Shown here in pieces: positions 1 through 11,930 of a stretch of DNA of 64,000 nt (position 1 is its first letter; each line of letters opens with the position of its first letter). The position numbers were made by a program, and so were the translations under genes. This stretch comes from Camelus dromedarius. Lineage: Eukaryota. Under the pieces are notes generated by a model. That model was not told the origin of the DNA. It ran no database searches and saw only the letters and a list, made by a program, of their open reading frames with translations. The DNA lies in assembly GCF_036321535.1 (NCBI RefSeq), contig NC_087459.1, positions 25,544,001 through 25,608,000 of the forward strand, in the 5' to 3' direction.

Positions 1-2899
1 CCATCCTCTGATTGACTGTCCATTGGGACTGGCTAGTGTGGGGGATTGGACTCTGATCTGAAGATGTATGTGTCTAAGAATTTAGGATAAATGCTTTTTC
101 ATGTGGTCCAGTAGAGCTTAGCAGAGCTCTATATTGGGGTCCAGACTCCATGCCCGGTTAACATGAGTCACTTTCTTTTTCCTTTATATGTATTTATACA
201 TATATAAATTTAAAATATATTTATAATTATGATATATAATTAATTACCTTTCTTTTAAATATCATACGGTAGGAAGACATTAATCATGTAAACACATGCA
301 TGTAAATAAAGAACTAGCATGTCCCCTTTCCTCGTTCATATCTACTGAGGATGGAGGGAGGGCATCATTACATTTGCTATTGGAAAAACGTCTCAGCTCA
401 CTCAGTTATTGGCTTGGTAGACTGGATTCATTCATTCATTATTTCCAGGAGACTGAAAGTCTATGAAGAAAGATACTTGGATATGAGATTGTCCTGAGAT
501 ACCTAGGCTATATGGCAAATCGTCCCTAGATTCTGTGTATTTTGCATTACGTGATGTTTGAGTTCCCACGTCAATGGCAGCTCACAGGTAGTTCACACGC
601 CTCCTGCCCACCCACCTCACCATGGAAGCAGTGGTCCCAGCACAAGGCTCCTGTCCAATAACAGATCTTCCTTAAAGAGCCCTGGGGAAGTTTAAAGAGA
701 CATTCTGTAGATGTCTGAGTACCTGTTTAAGGCCATCTCTTTAAATACCCCAAAGATGTACAAAGAGAGTTGAGGATCAAAAATGTGTATTTTGCATCAA
801 GAAAAGTGCTAATAGATTTTCTGTTACTTTGAATCTCTAAGACACCTTATTCCCCCAAAACAAAGAGTATCTTACAATCATGACATCACCCTCTGCGTGC
901 CTTTGTTTCACCATGATTTGAATGTATTCATTCTTCTCCCAAGAGCGAGTTTTCCCTAGAGTTTTTAATAGTAGAGTCCTTTTATGTACTGGAACACAGA
1001 AAAGGGATTTTTTCTTCTCAAATAGAAAGCGCCTCTCATGAATCAAGTGCATTCTTGCTGCCTGAAAACAGCTCCAGGCACAACCCCCTACGCAAGGATT
1101 CATAAGTAGTAACTCTCGTTGCAGGTATAGTCCACCCTGGCGGGGAAAGTCCCGAGTGATCCTTTGGAAGAAGTAGCTGCTGACTTGGGAAATGCTGCAA
1201 TTCTGCGGCGTCAGGCAGAGCCAGGCATCAGAGTCCGGCCACGTGCCACAGGCTGGCAGAAGTGGAAATTCTCGGTACCTGATGTCGTGATGTGCTGGAA
1301 AACAGGTCAGCAGGAAAGAACGCATGGAAAAACAGTGGGATCCAGGAGGGCATCTGAAGATAGGCTTTAGGTTGGAGAAGGGGGTTGGGGGTGATGTCAA
1401 GATGAAAGGATGAGGGACTGACTGCCGGCTTGGATTCCAGCCCCAAAGCTCAGCCGTGATGCCAGCTCCTTGATGCAGGGTTTTCCTGGGGCACCTGCTG
1501 GGGGCAGAGTCAGATGGTGAAGCCCAGGACCAGACCAGAGAGGTGGTGAGCCAGGCCGGATGTAAGAGACAAGCAGGCAACTCAAAGGCTAGAGCAGGAA
1601 TGTGAGCATTTGTAGACAGCTCAAGTCTGAGAGTAATCAGTAAGACGGGGGTGCGTGGACAGCAAAGGGCCCAGTTAGAGGCAAAGCCAGAATCCAAAGG
1701 TGGGTCTTTCTGAGGCCTGAGTTACAGTGCGAATGAAAACATATGACGGGTCTCTTGTGCAAGGTCAAACAGACAGAGGTGGGTCACAGAAAGGCAGCTT
1801 GTCCCGGGAACGCTGGCTTAGAGCCCAGGCAGGATTCTCTGGCAGAGGATGGGCTTGTCACAGCTAGTCCTTATCACAGCCAGTTACTGCTGCCATTGAC
1901 TCTTTTGTTCCTGTTTCCTCTGCATCATCTTCTGGTGGCATACCATTAAACTTTCTAGCTAAGAAACCACCCCTTAAAACAATTATGCTCCTGTGCATCG
2001 GATGGGAGCTTGCTGATTTTTGCAGGGCCCCTTCCCATGGCTTCGTGGGCGGTGGTTCTGGCTTTAGCCCAGTAGTTTCCAAAAGTGGTAATGCCTCAGC
2101 TCTGGGGACAGAGACAAGGCCATCTTCTGTTGTGAGGCCCTGGACGTGCAAACAGAGCAGGACTGTTGTCTCACTGGGCTCAAAGCTCTCCTCAAGAGTT
2201 AGTGTAGGCCCAGCAGGGCTCAACGCTGCCAAGAATGAAGCAGAATGTCCTGCCTTCATCCCCATGACTCAAGAAGCTGTGATGGGCAGTCCGTTCAGCT
2301 GAGTTCTCTCAGCTTTCCAGAAAAAAAAATCATGGTCTCCAATGAGTCCTTCAAGTTGACCTGCCCAGACAAAGGCCTTTGGGTTCCCCCAGCACATCAG
2401 TCTCCGCCCAGAGAGGTGCCATGTCCCCCTGCCTGGGGCACCTGCTCTGGGGTCGTGTGCACCCCCCATCCCTCTTCTCTCTCCTGCTGGGTGAGTGTCC
2501 ATGACCAGCCCCTCCCAGCGTCTCCGGCATCGATGCTTCATTTTCCTTGTCATCAATCCATACCGGCTTGTGTGTCCTGTCTCCCTTCCAGGACCCTGGG
2601 GAGAGGGATCTGAAATGAATGAACCCCTTCCTCTAGACTCTCGTACTTAGGTGAGAAGTTGGTTCATTTTAACCTGTCTCCGTCTGCTGTCACTTTTCTT
2701 CACCAAAGGGCCCCCACTGAGTTTGTTGTTCCTTCTCCTTTATCTCCTGCTTTATCTGGACAGTCATCTGTTTCCTCTTGGAGGCTTTCCAGCCCACGTT
2801 GGTTTATGGAGAACGTTCCCGCCATCTCCTGTGTGCACAGGTTGTGGAGGTTCTCTGGGGCGGGAGTGGGTAGAAGCTTGCTCTCATTTGTCATCTCTT

Positions 2900-3038
2900 T
2901 TTGTTTTTGTTTGGTTTGGTTTGGTGGGGGCAGGTAATTAGGTTTATATATTTATTTTTGATGGAGGTACTGGGGATTGAACCCAGGACCTCATGCATGC
3001 CAAGCACCCACTCTACCACTGAGCTATACCCTCCCCAC
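2900..3038 (-). mobile_element. tRNA-Ala-derived SINE (camelid Vic-1 type), full length, 17-bp target-site duplication
   Basis: The minus strand reads GGGGAGGGTATAGCTCAGTGGTAGAGTGGGTGCTTGGCATGCATGAGGTCCTGGGTTCAATCCCCAGTACCTCCA (A box TAGCTCAGTGG, B box GGTTCAATCC, tRNA-Ala-like), then an AT-rich body and an A-rich tail. The perfect TSD CTCATTTGTCATCTCTT lies at 2883-2899 and 3039-3055. Confidence 0.9.
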
Positions 3039-3819
3039 CTCATTTGTCATCTCTTGACACGGGGCTGGCGTCCCAGGTGGGGGTGAGCCGTGGCTTCCAT
3101 GGGGAGGGAGTCACCTGCCCTAGGGTGTTGGGGGAAGAGGCAGACCTGCAAGGCAAACTCGAGGGTCCCTCCAGCCTGTCTTCCCCTGTGTTATTGTCCA
3201 ATCGTATTCCCCTTGGTTATATTTTCATCTTTCTTATTGGGGAAACTTGAAGAGGAAGCAGGTGGCTGGCATAAGGGTTGGTTCACAGAGCGAGTAAGGG
3301 GAGGGGAGTAGGGCTAACACGCCCAGCTGACGAGGGCAGGTGCGGCCACAGGCTCAGCATGAAAGTCTCCCCTCAGCTGGAGAAAGGGAAGAGCCCACGG
3401 GGGCACCTCCCTCACGTCTCACCAGAGTTCGAGGCTTTAGAATTCCTGCACAGGAAGGGCTTCAATCCCAGCACTGCGGGAGGTGGTTGGAGCTGAGTTC
3501 TCAGAGCACGTCCCGTAAGACAGAGATGGTCTCAGATGTCCATGCCAAGCGCTCAGGGACTGGGCTTCCCTTAGGAAGGACTGCTTGATGCCTTTCTAGG
3601 GAGCGTCTTACACATGTTCTATTGGTACCATTTTTGTCTCTGAACTTCAGCTTCAATATCAAGTGCCCTGTCTTCCTTTACTCTGTCTGAGACCACTCCT
3701 TGCTGTCTTTTTCAATTGCCCAGACACCCTGAAATAACTCTGCTAGAGTCTATCGCCATGGCTGAATTCTGTGCAGAAGGGCTTTTTAGATGGGTTCCTC
3801 TCTTGAAATCTATACTCAC

Positions 3820-3880
3820 CCCTCCATCCATCCATGAGGCGTTTAATGAGCACCTACAATATGCCCGGCACTGGGAGCGC
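3820..3880 (-). mobile_element. L2 3'-terminal fragment
   Basis: CCATCCATCCATGAGGCGTTTAATGAGCACCTACAATATGCCCGGCACTG resembles the antisense L2 3' end (..ttattgagcacctactatgtgccaggcactg). Confidence 0.5.
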
Positions 3881-4379
3881 AGACATAACCCCTGACGGTG
3901 TGTTCTAGTCATTGACAGAGACCTTTAAATACTCCCGATGTCAGCAGCCAAGTAGCGAACCCATCTGTCCACAAGGTCTCCCACCATGGGTCTGCATAGC
4001 CTCCGGCTCCCATGACACTGAATGTGGCTCAGATTAAACCAGGCAGGAAAGAAAAGAGGGCTGTGACTGGTGCAAAGAGCTGCACTCATCCGGCACCTTC
4101 ATCCTGTCCGTGGCGGGGGCGGGGGGTCAGCTCTTCTTTATATAGAAATCATCGCCATGCCTTGCACTGCACCCCGGCCAGGGACACCCTTTCTCCAATA
4201 CCCACAGCACCGTCCATCACCATTTAAGGTCTATTTGTGAACGCTGTCCCCTCCATGAGGCCTTCCTTGACCGTACATTAAAAATGCCAGACACCTATTC
4301 CCCCAGCCCCACACTGTGTCCCCTTCCCTGCTGGATTTCTCCCCACGACCACTATCACCATGTCACAGTCCCTGTGTCG

Positions 4380-4520
4380 TACTTGTCCGTTTGTCATTGT
4401 CTCCTCCATTGGAACATCAGTTCCAGGAAAGCAGGTTTTTCCCTGTTTTATTTGGTGCCATCTAGAAGTGGGGCTGGCAGCGTAGATGCTCAAAGAATTG
4501 TTATTGAATAAAGAATGAAG
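4380..4520 (+). mobile_element. L2 3'-terminal fragment
   Basis: Ends ..GGGCTGGCAGCGTAGATGCTCAAAGAATTGTTATTGAATAAAGAATGAA, a degenerate L2 3' end. Confidence 0.5.
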
Positions 4521-7039
4521 AGGGTCTGTAATCTATTATGCACTGCCCCGGGGACGCTTACTCTATTATTTTATTCAATCTTCTCTCCACCTTGTTGTTA
4601 TCCTTCATCTACGAGAGTCAGAGCTGTCACATAACATGTGTGAGGTCCCTCCCTTGCAAGAGATGCACCTGCGATGCGCACCCACATCTCCCTCCAAATC
4701 TGCTATATTCCTCCGTAACACACGTGGCCTCATGGTGAAGAGAAACACAGTGGAAAGTAAAGAGGGAGAGAAAAGCCACAACCATCCAAACTCTGGGAAA
4801 TCCAAGTTCCAAGCAGACTCTTAAGAGTTCCGTGGCTGGAAAAATGTCATGGCCACTTTTGTTGTTCTGTTTGTCCACTGCACTGTGGAGTCCAGATTCA
4901 GCAAAGTGCAGCCACGATGCACCTGTGCCATAAAGGCACAGGGAGAACCTTTGTGAACCGATTCTCTGTAGGAATCACGTGTCACCAGCATCCCCATTGC
5001 CTGAGGCTTCTCGGAGCTGTAAAGGGACGAAAAATGTGTAAGACACACAGCCCTGCTCGTCTGCCCCGGGGAAGGAGGAGAAGGCTACCCAGCAAATAGG
5101 CCCTCTGTAAAATCCTTCCTAAGGAAATGCATGATTTATGAGCCATTTAGAACACAATGCTGAATCCCCGTGTGTTCCAAACGAGTTCTACAGAGACGCG
5201 GTTGTTGAAGCCAAGATGTGAGGTCTCTGTGCACAGATTTCCTCTTCTTGTTTCTAAAAGAGGCGGGATGGAAAACCAATCTTAGAGCTAAAGATGGGGA
5301 AGAGAGGTTGCTTTGGGGGATGTAGGATTTAACCACCTGGCAGCCTCCAATCCGAACAGACTGTCTGCATGTTTGCTAGTGACACTGAGATTTAGCACTG
5401 GACACAAAGAACTCACTGTTAAAAGTGTGAAGGGCTTGTTTAATTTACAGACAAAAGCAAACACCCTCCCAGGATCACATTGGTCGCACCTGCAGGCCTC
5501 TGTATGCTGCTTTGAAATCCACCTCATCAGTGGACCATCAGCTCCTTCGGAAGAGACTCCGCAGGACTGTCCCTTATGTCAGCACAGCACAGAGCTGTGG
5601 CTTATTTAGAGTGACTCTGCGTGCCTCCTAACCAGCCAGGTGACCTATGGGACATAACCTCTTCTCTTGGTTTTCTCATCTGTACAATTACAGGGCTGGA
5701 CAAGGAACATTCTCAGGACTGTTCAACTAAAACATTCCTCGTCCTCATGACATGGTGGTTGAAATATGACATTTTGATTTCTCAGTAGCCCTGAATGTCC
5801 TTCATCCCCACTCATTCTGAATGAGAACCTTCTCCCTTCTCTAACTTACCCAAAATGATAGCTTGGCTGATTATGTGATATGTTCCAAGAATGATGAATA
5901 CATAGGTCGTGACTGAGATAAGGCCACTTGCCAAGTGTCCATGGGTGACCGTTCTCATTCCTCCGAGTCTCAGTGCTGTGAGGCTTGATAGTTTACAGAA
6001 AAAAAAGCAAAGTTGCTCAAGGCTGGGAGATGTAACAGATAACTAGAACACACTTAACAGATAGCATTGTGTTTCTCCAGATTTAAACACATCAAAAGAC
6101 TGAACTATAAGGAGCAGTTCAAAATCGTTTAAAGTGAACCCCGCTGGGTGCTGAGCCGCAGTGTCGGGTGAGTTTGCTGGCGGCTCCGCATGGTGAACGG
6201 CCCGCACGGTCGTCTGTTTTCCGTGTCCTTCCTCACGGCACACTCTGCTGCAGGAGCCCCACCGCTGGTATGGCTATTACCAGCGAGCTAATTGAGTTTG
6301 TTGGCCTTGAAAACGCATCAGTGTAGCGATGCGGTGAAGTCATGCCATGCTCCTGTCCTCTGGATTCCCTCTCTGCTATCACTGAGGCTTTATTTACGAG
6401 ACTGGATATGAAAATGAAAACCAGGCTAGTCTTTTCGCTGTGACTTGGACAAGGCTGGAACAGAGCGTGGCTTCGTTTTCCTTTGTCCAACACCTGTGAG
6501 TGGCAGGGGTTCAAGTTAAGCAGGGCTGCCCCAGAAGGCAGGTGAGTGTGTCCCCTATGGGGGCCAGGAGGGTCTGCTGGACGTCGCTCCAAGGAGGACA
6601 GAAAGACACACACAGGGGTCTGTAGGTGGCAGGACACACTGCCCAGGGATGCCACCTGGAAGGAGGGAGGAGCAGAGTGAAAAAAGCCTGGATGCACAGC
6701 CACCAGTTATAAATAAATAGATTCAGAATGGCACAAGGCCAGGTCACGTTGCCCCAGCAGACTGGGAGATCAGGTTGGAGAGATGAGAGGGCGGGACCCC
6801 CCCAACCCAAAGTAGAAGGAAGAGGAGCATGTCAGTCTGGCTGCCCAGCGGAGATGGTGTCCTCGTCCCAGGTCAACATGGAGCCATGCAGGGAAGTCCA
6901 TCTGGGCTGAGGAAAGAAAAACTGGAAATGAATCCAGCCAACCAGTCATCGGAAATTCATTGAGCTCCCCCTGTGCCAGGGGCTGGGCTACAGGAAGCCA
7001 GGTAGGGCACCTGCCCTCGAGGAAGGTACCTTCTAGTGG

Positions 7040-7315
7040 GGCATAAAGGCAGACATACAGACCAATGGAATTGAAAAGAGAGCCCAGAAATAAACCTTCA
7101 TAAGTGTCAAATGACTGTCAGCCTGACTGCCAAGACCACTCAGTGGAGACACCACATTTTTTTAACACGAGGTGCTGGGAAAACTGGATATCCACAGGCA
7201 AAGGAACGATGTGGGACCCTCACCTTACGTCATCTACAAAAATCAACTCAAACTGGATCAAAGACCTAAATGTAAGAGCCAAAACTGAGAACTCTCAGAT
7301 GAAAACGTGGGGAAA
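7040..7315 (+). mobile_element. L1 ORF2 C-terminal fragment (decayed)
   Basis: The ORF track gives FFNTRCWENWISTGK..DPHLT..KINSNWIKDLNVR, matching the L1 ORF2p motif LFNKWCWENW..DPYL..KINSKWIKDLNVR. Confidence 0.85.
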
Positions 7316-8180
7316 GTGGACGCCGGTGGCTATAAAAATAAGTGAAAAAAGATCACTTCAGCTACACACAGGTGGGACAAAGAAGATTGAATAAAGAACC
7401 GGGCAGAGACGGAGGCACTGGTTAATGCTGGGGTCAGGGAGGTTGTTGCAGGGAGGTGATGACAGAGTTGAGCTCTGAAAGGCAGAAGTGTGCCAGCCCT
7501 GCCGTGATTCGGGGGAAGAGCTCCAGGCCGGGGGCAAATAAACCACAAAGACCCTAAGAGAGAAAGGGCCTGTCGGTGTGTCGGTCAGTGTACCTAGATG
7601 TCGGTAATGAGGGAGATGAGCTGGGGGACAGAAGGGGGAACCGGATAATGAGGGGGCCTTGGGGCCATGATGAGGAGTTTCCATTTCACTCTCAGGGAAA
7701 TGGGAAACCACTGGAGTGTTAACCAGGAGGGACGAGGAGCTATCAGCCCCTTTTCCTGGTGTGTGGAGTGTGGATGATGGGGGGAGAGCATGGGAGCTGG
7801 GAGCCCAGCCAGCAGTCTGCTTGGACCAGGGCTGCAGCAGTGCAATGGTGAGAGGTGGCTGGATTCTGGATATATTTGCGGGGGTGGGGGGTGCTTAGAG
7901 CTGATGGGGCTGACCCCAGGGCTGGCTGGATGGCGTGAGGGAAAGAAAGAAAACTCAAATCCCAAGACTTCTGGCAGAATCAACCAGGTAGATGATGGTT
8001 GGAAATAGAAAAGTTTGCAGTGGGGATTAATGTGTGTGAGGGGAAGAGGCAGTTCTGCTGGGGCCCTGTTAACACTGAGATTTCTATTAAACCTCCTTAT
8101 GGAGAACTTGAGTGGGCAGTTGGATTTATGAGCCTGGAATTCAAGGAAGAAGTCCAAGGTGAAAATAGAAATGCAAGATG

Positions 8181-8375
8181 TCTGTGCGTGTGTGTGTGTG
8201 GTGTCTACATATATACATACGTGACTTTGATTAATACCTGCATGCATTTGAATGATATATGCGTGCATATGTTTATACAAAACACACATGGCTTTGAATA
8301 ATATACATGTGTGCATGCAAGTAGATAATATAAATTCTATTATTTATATTATAGTATATTTATTATATATAAAAT
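8181..8375. repeat. Degenerate (TG)/(TA)-rich low-complexity tract inside the L2
   Basis: GTGTGTGTGTGTG..ATATATACATAC..TATATTATAGTATATTTATTATATATAAAA is directly visible. Confidence 0.8.
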
Positions 8376-9448
8376 TCAAAGTCCCAGGAGTGAGTGAGAT
8401 CCCCAGGGCCAGAGCCAGACGTTCAAGAGCTCAGGCAGGCCCCGCCAGTGGAGGGAAGGCAGCAATGGAGACAGAAGAGGAGCAGGGAGTACTGGAGTGG
8501 AGTAGAAGGAAGACCAGACGCGGGTGGCACTTGGATGCTCCGAGGAGACAGAGAAGGCTTGGGAGCGTAGAGGACACCGTTGCTGGGCACACAGCTCCCT
8601 CTGCTCTGCAGCAGAGGCTCCGAGGTGGTAAGCCCGAGAGACTCGGGCAGGGAGAGCCCGCCGAGCTCCCTGCTCACCTCGGACTGGGGATGTGGCCCCA
8701 CACCTCCCCGGTGCAGGGATGTTAACACGCTCATCGCTCCACCTTTCAGAACCAAGCAGCAGACTGCCTCTCAGTGCCACTTACCATGTGGCCGGGAGCC
8801 CCATAGCTGGCCAAGCAGGTTTAGCCCAGCATCTGGGCCGGGCAGCCTTCGGTGTCCAGACATTCCCTGAAGGTGGCTGGAAAGGGGCGAGAACTGGGAA
8901 GAAACCCCCAGGAGAGTTTCAAATACAGGAAGCATCGATCACTGATTGCTGGCAAAATCAGCCGGGCCCACCTCTCTACACCCCAGGCAAACCTCCCTTC
9001 TTGTCCAGAGACCAGAGAATGAAAGCAGGCTCTGCTTCTCTTGAGCTGTGCAGCTTTTTGAAAATCACCCAGTTGCTGTGATCCTCGGTTCCTCGCACCT
9101 TACCGCTGCTACCTGAAGAGACGCAGGGCAGAAACAGGGGCTCCCAAGGACAAGGAGTGCCACTTCAGTCTGATTTTCACAGCAAGCCTTCTGATAAATC
9201 CATAGTGAAGTCGATCTGTCTGCTCAAAATTGTATCCTCTCTCCAAACGCAGGAATGGAGTCTCTTATCTTGCCTTTTGCTCTTTAACTTAATTAACCTC
9301 AATTAACCTCTTTTTGCGCCTTGTTCCAGCTGCACGCTTGGTGCGGTAGCTACCCTCATGCAGCAACTGCTCCACGTCCCCAGGAGTGTGGGTATCTGCA
9401 CACCAAGTATTTCCTGAGCAAATAAATGATGGTGATGGCTGCAGCCTG

Positions 9449-9480
9449 ACACACACACCACACACACACACGCGAGCGCG
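9449..9480. repeat. (CA)n microsatellite ending in CG dinucleotides
   Basis: ACACACACACCACACACACACACGCGAGCGCG. Confidence 0.9.
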
Positions 9481-10354
9481 TACCCTCAGTTGCAAAGAAT
9501 GGGATCATTGAAATATTTTTAAAAACCTGCTTCACAGCAGTATTGTCTGTATTATGAATCATTGGTTGACAAAATGAGGGGAGAGGGGGAATCACTGAAT
9601 TGGACTGTGTGAGCCGAGCATAAACATGCTGAAGATGAAAGTCCCATTTGTGAAGAGAAGGGAGAGGAAAAAGTGCTTGCTTCCTCAAGGAAGAGAGAAA
9701 TTTCTGCGAGAGGAAGAACAAACGGCACCCTAAAACAAAAGCAAGATGAATCACTTTCATTCGGAAAGGAACACAGTGAAACAATGGTGCTAAATGAGAT
9801 ACAGTTCCTGACAAAGACCTTCTCTGTTCTCCACGGGCTTTTATTGTGCCATGTGTGCTGAGAGTTATGTTTTATCTTCCCAAAAAAGAGTCGGCGTACT
9901 TTGTTTTCTGCGCGGTGCCTCGCTCTGCCTCGCCTCCCCGCTTGCTGAGATTTAAGTCAGCTATTGCAGCGCTCGGTCTCTGATCAGCCAGAAAGATCTG
10001 AAAAGCCCTGAGTTTGCAAGAATCAAAAAAGGCCTCCGGGTTTGACAGTGATGGATCCTGCTCGGCCCCTCGGGATGACGTTCCCGTACTACGAAGACCG
10101 CAGAGCCTTCCCATAACAAGCTGCAGCTCCTGCTTGCCGGGCCTTCATGCAGAGATCAGGGCACCCGCAGTGGGGAAGGAATTGCCCAGGGAGGTCGGGC
10201 TCCCTGTGAGATGCGACCTGTTTAGGGCGAAAGGGATAGTAGAGATACAGTCCTTGAACTCAAGGGTGTTACAACAGAAAACAAAGGTTAAAATGCAAAA
10301 AAAAAAAAAAATTTCTTTACACTTAGACCTAAATCCCTACTCAACTACTTCCCA

Positions 10355-10450
10355 GAAGGGTGCCTTTGCCTCTGTAAACCTCGGTTTCCTCATCTCTAAA
10401 ATGGGGCCCTAGCAGCCTCTGTCACCATGTAAATGAGATGCTGCGTGGGA
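10355..10450 (+). mobile_element. MIR core fragment
   Basis: AACCTCGGTTTCCTCATCTCTAAAATGGGG matches the MIR core (cctcagtttcctcatctgtaaaatgggg). Confidence 0.65.
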
Positions 10451-10980
10451 GGCCCTGACCACCGGAGGCAAGGGCTGGACGGAGAGAACATGCTGCTGTT
10501 ACCACCTTGACAGACGGTGAGGTTTTTATACCCCTAGCATTTCTTGGCACGGTTAGTGATTAATACCTTTTATCTTTAATGAATGAACAATTAGAACACA
10601 ATTAGGCAAAGAGAATTGCATTACTCTACTGATTAAAAGCCTGCTACCCCAAGGATGATGTCCAAACTCTTTAGCGTGGCTTTCCACCCGGCCCCAAGTG
10701 CCCCTGCCAGCCTCCTCCCGCACTGGCGTGAGCTCCGCAGAGCCAGCCCAGTTGTACGTGGCAGCTGAGCTCCTCAGCACACCTGAACTTGTCTTGCATC
10801 TGTAAGTCTGCACAGCCCGTGTTCCATCTTTCCCTCGATGACCTGGGAGTGAGGTGGAGACTTTGTCACTCTCTGTGACTCTCCATGCCCAACCCAAGTG
10901 CCACTTTCCCAATGAAGGCTTCCTTTGCCCCAGTGCACTGGAAGTTTCCCTCCTCTCTGGGGTCACACCGTGTTTTACAA

Positions 10981-11167
10981 CAGTGGTTTCCACAGTGTAG
11001 TCCCTGGACCAGCAACATCACCATCAGCAGGGAACTTGCTAAAAATGCAAATTCTTAGGCTCCATCCCGAGCCTAGTGAATCAAAAACTCTTGGGGTGGG
11101 GCCCAGGCACCGTGTTTTAACCTGCCTCGCGGGTGCTTCTGATGCAAGCTCTAATTAGAAAACCATC
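10981..11167 (+). mobile_element. MER5A-type hAT-Charlie MITE, near full length
   Basis: CAGTGGTTTCCACAGTGTAGTCCCTGGACCAGCAACATCACCATCAGCAGGGAACTTGCTAAAAATGCAAATTC..GGGGTGGGGCCCAG..TTCTGATGC..GAAAACCA is colinear with the MER5A consensus as I recall it. Confidence 0.9.
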
Positions 11168-11280
11168 ACTATGCAAACTTCTACTATAACATATCTAAAA
11201 TTGTATTAAAATCACTTGCCTAAACGCAGGACTGACCTCCCTGCCTCTTAGCCAAGTTATTTTTCTTGTCTGTGCCCTAA

Positions 11281-11930
11281 TTATTTTTATTGAGCTTTAT
11301 TTGATGTAAAATATTATATAACTTACAGGTGTACAATATAGTGATTCACAATTTTTAAAAGTTATACTCCATTTATAGTTATTATTAAATAGCGGCTACA
11401 TTCTCTGTGTTGTACAATACATCCTTGTAGCTTATTTTATACATAATAGTCTGTACCTCTTAATCCCCCACCCACTCCCCTCTCCCCACGAGTAACCACT
11501 AGTTTGTTCTCTGTATCTGTGAGTCTGCTTCTTTTTTGTTATATTCACTAGTTTGTTGTGCTTTTTAGATTCCATGTATCAGTGAGATCATACAGTATTT
11601 GTCTTTCTTATTCTGATTTATTTCACTTAGCATAATGCCCTCCAAGTCCACCCATGTTGTTGCAAATGGTAATATTTCATTTTTATGGCCNNNNNNNNNN
11701 NNNNNNNNNNNNNNNNNNNNNNNNNNNNNNNNNNNNNNNNNNNNNNNNNNNNNNNNNNNNNNNNNNNNNNNNNNNNNNNNNNNNNNNNNNNNNNNNNNNN
11801 NNNNNNNNNNNNNNNNNNNNNNNNNNNNNNNCTTTTTGAATTAGAGTGTGTGGGTTTTTTCGGATATATATCCAGGAGTAGAATTTCTGAGTCACATGGT
11901 AGTTCTATTTTTTAGTTTTTTGGGGAATCT
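11281..11930 (-). mobile_element. L1 3' end (older laurasiatherian, L1MA9-like), containing an N-run
   Basis: Antisense L1 3'UTR motifs: GTAACCACTAGTTTGTTCTCTGTATCTGTGAGTCTG; TTTCACTTAGCATAATGCCCTCCAAGTCCACCCATGTTGTTGCAAATGG; GGATATATATCCAGGAGTAGAATT. Confidence 0.9.
11691..11831. other. N-run (141 bp) inside L1
   Basis: Directly visible; both flanks are colinear L1 3' sequence. Confidence 0.99.

Larger units (their letters stand above)
6945..8640 (-). mobile_element. Long, degraded L2 element interrupted by an L1 fragment and a low-complexity tract
   Basis: L2 3' tail at about 6950-7035 (ATTCATTGAGCTCCCCCTGTGCCAGG..CCTGCCCTCGAGG..TTCTAGTGGGG). Typical antisense L2 body motifs follow (GGAGTTTCCATTTCACTCTCAGGGAAATGGGAAACCACTGGAG; GGCAGTTGGATTTATGAGCCTGGAATTCAAGGAAG) and continue past 8380. 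Confidence 0.65.

Noticed and set aside
2960-3036. tRNA-Ala-like sequence on the minus strand
   Set aside because: It is the head of a SINE (tail and TSD present, stems disrupted), not a functional tRNA gene.
7594-8316. 240-aa ORF on the minus strand
   Set aside because: It runs through a low-complexity TA/TG tract and a decayed L2; this is a compositional artefact.
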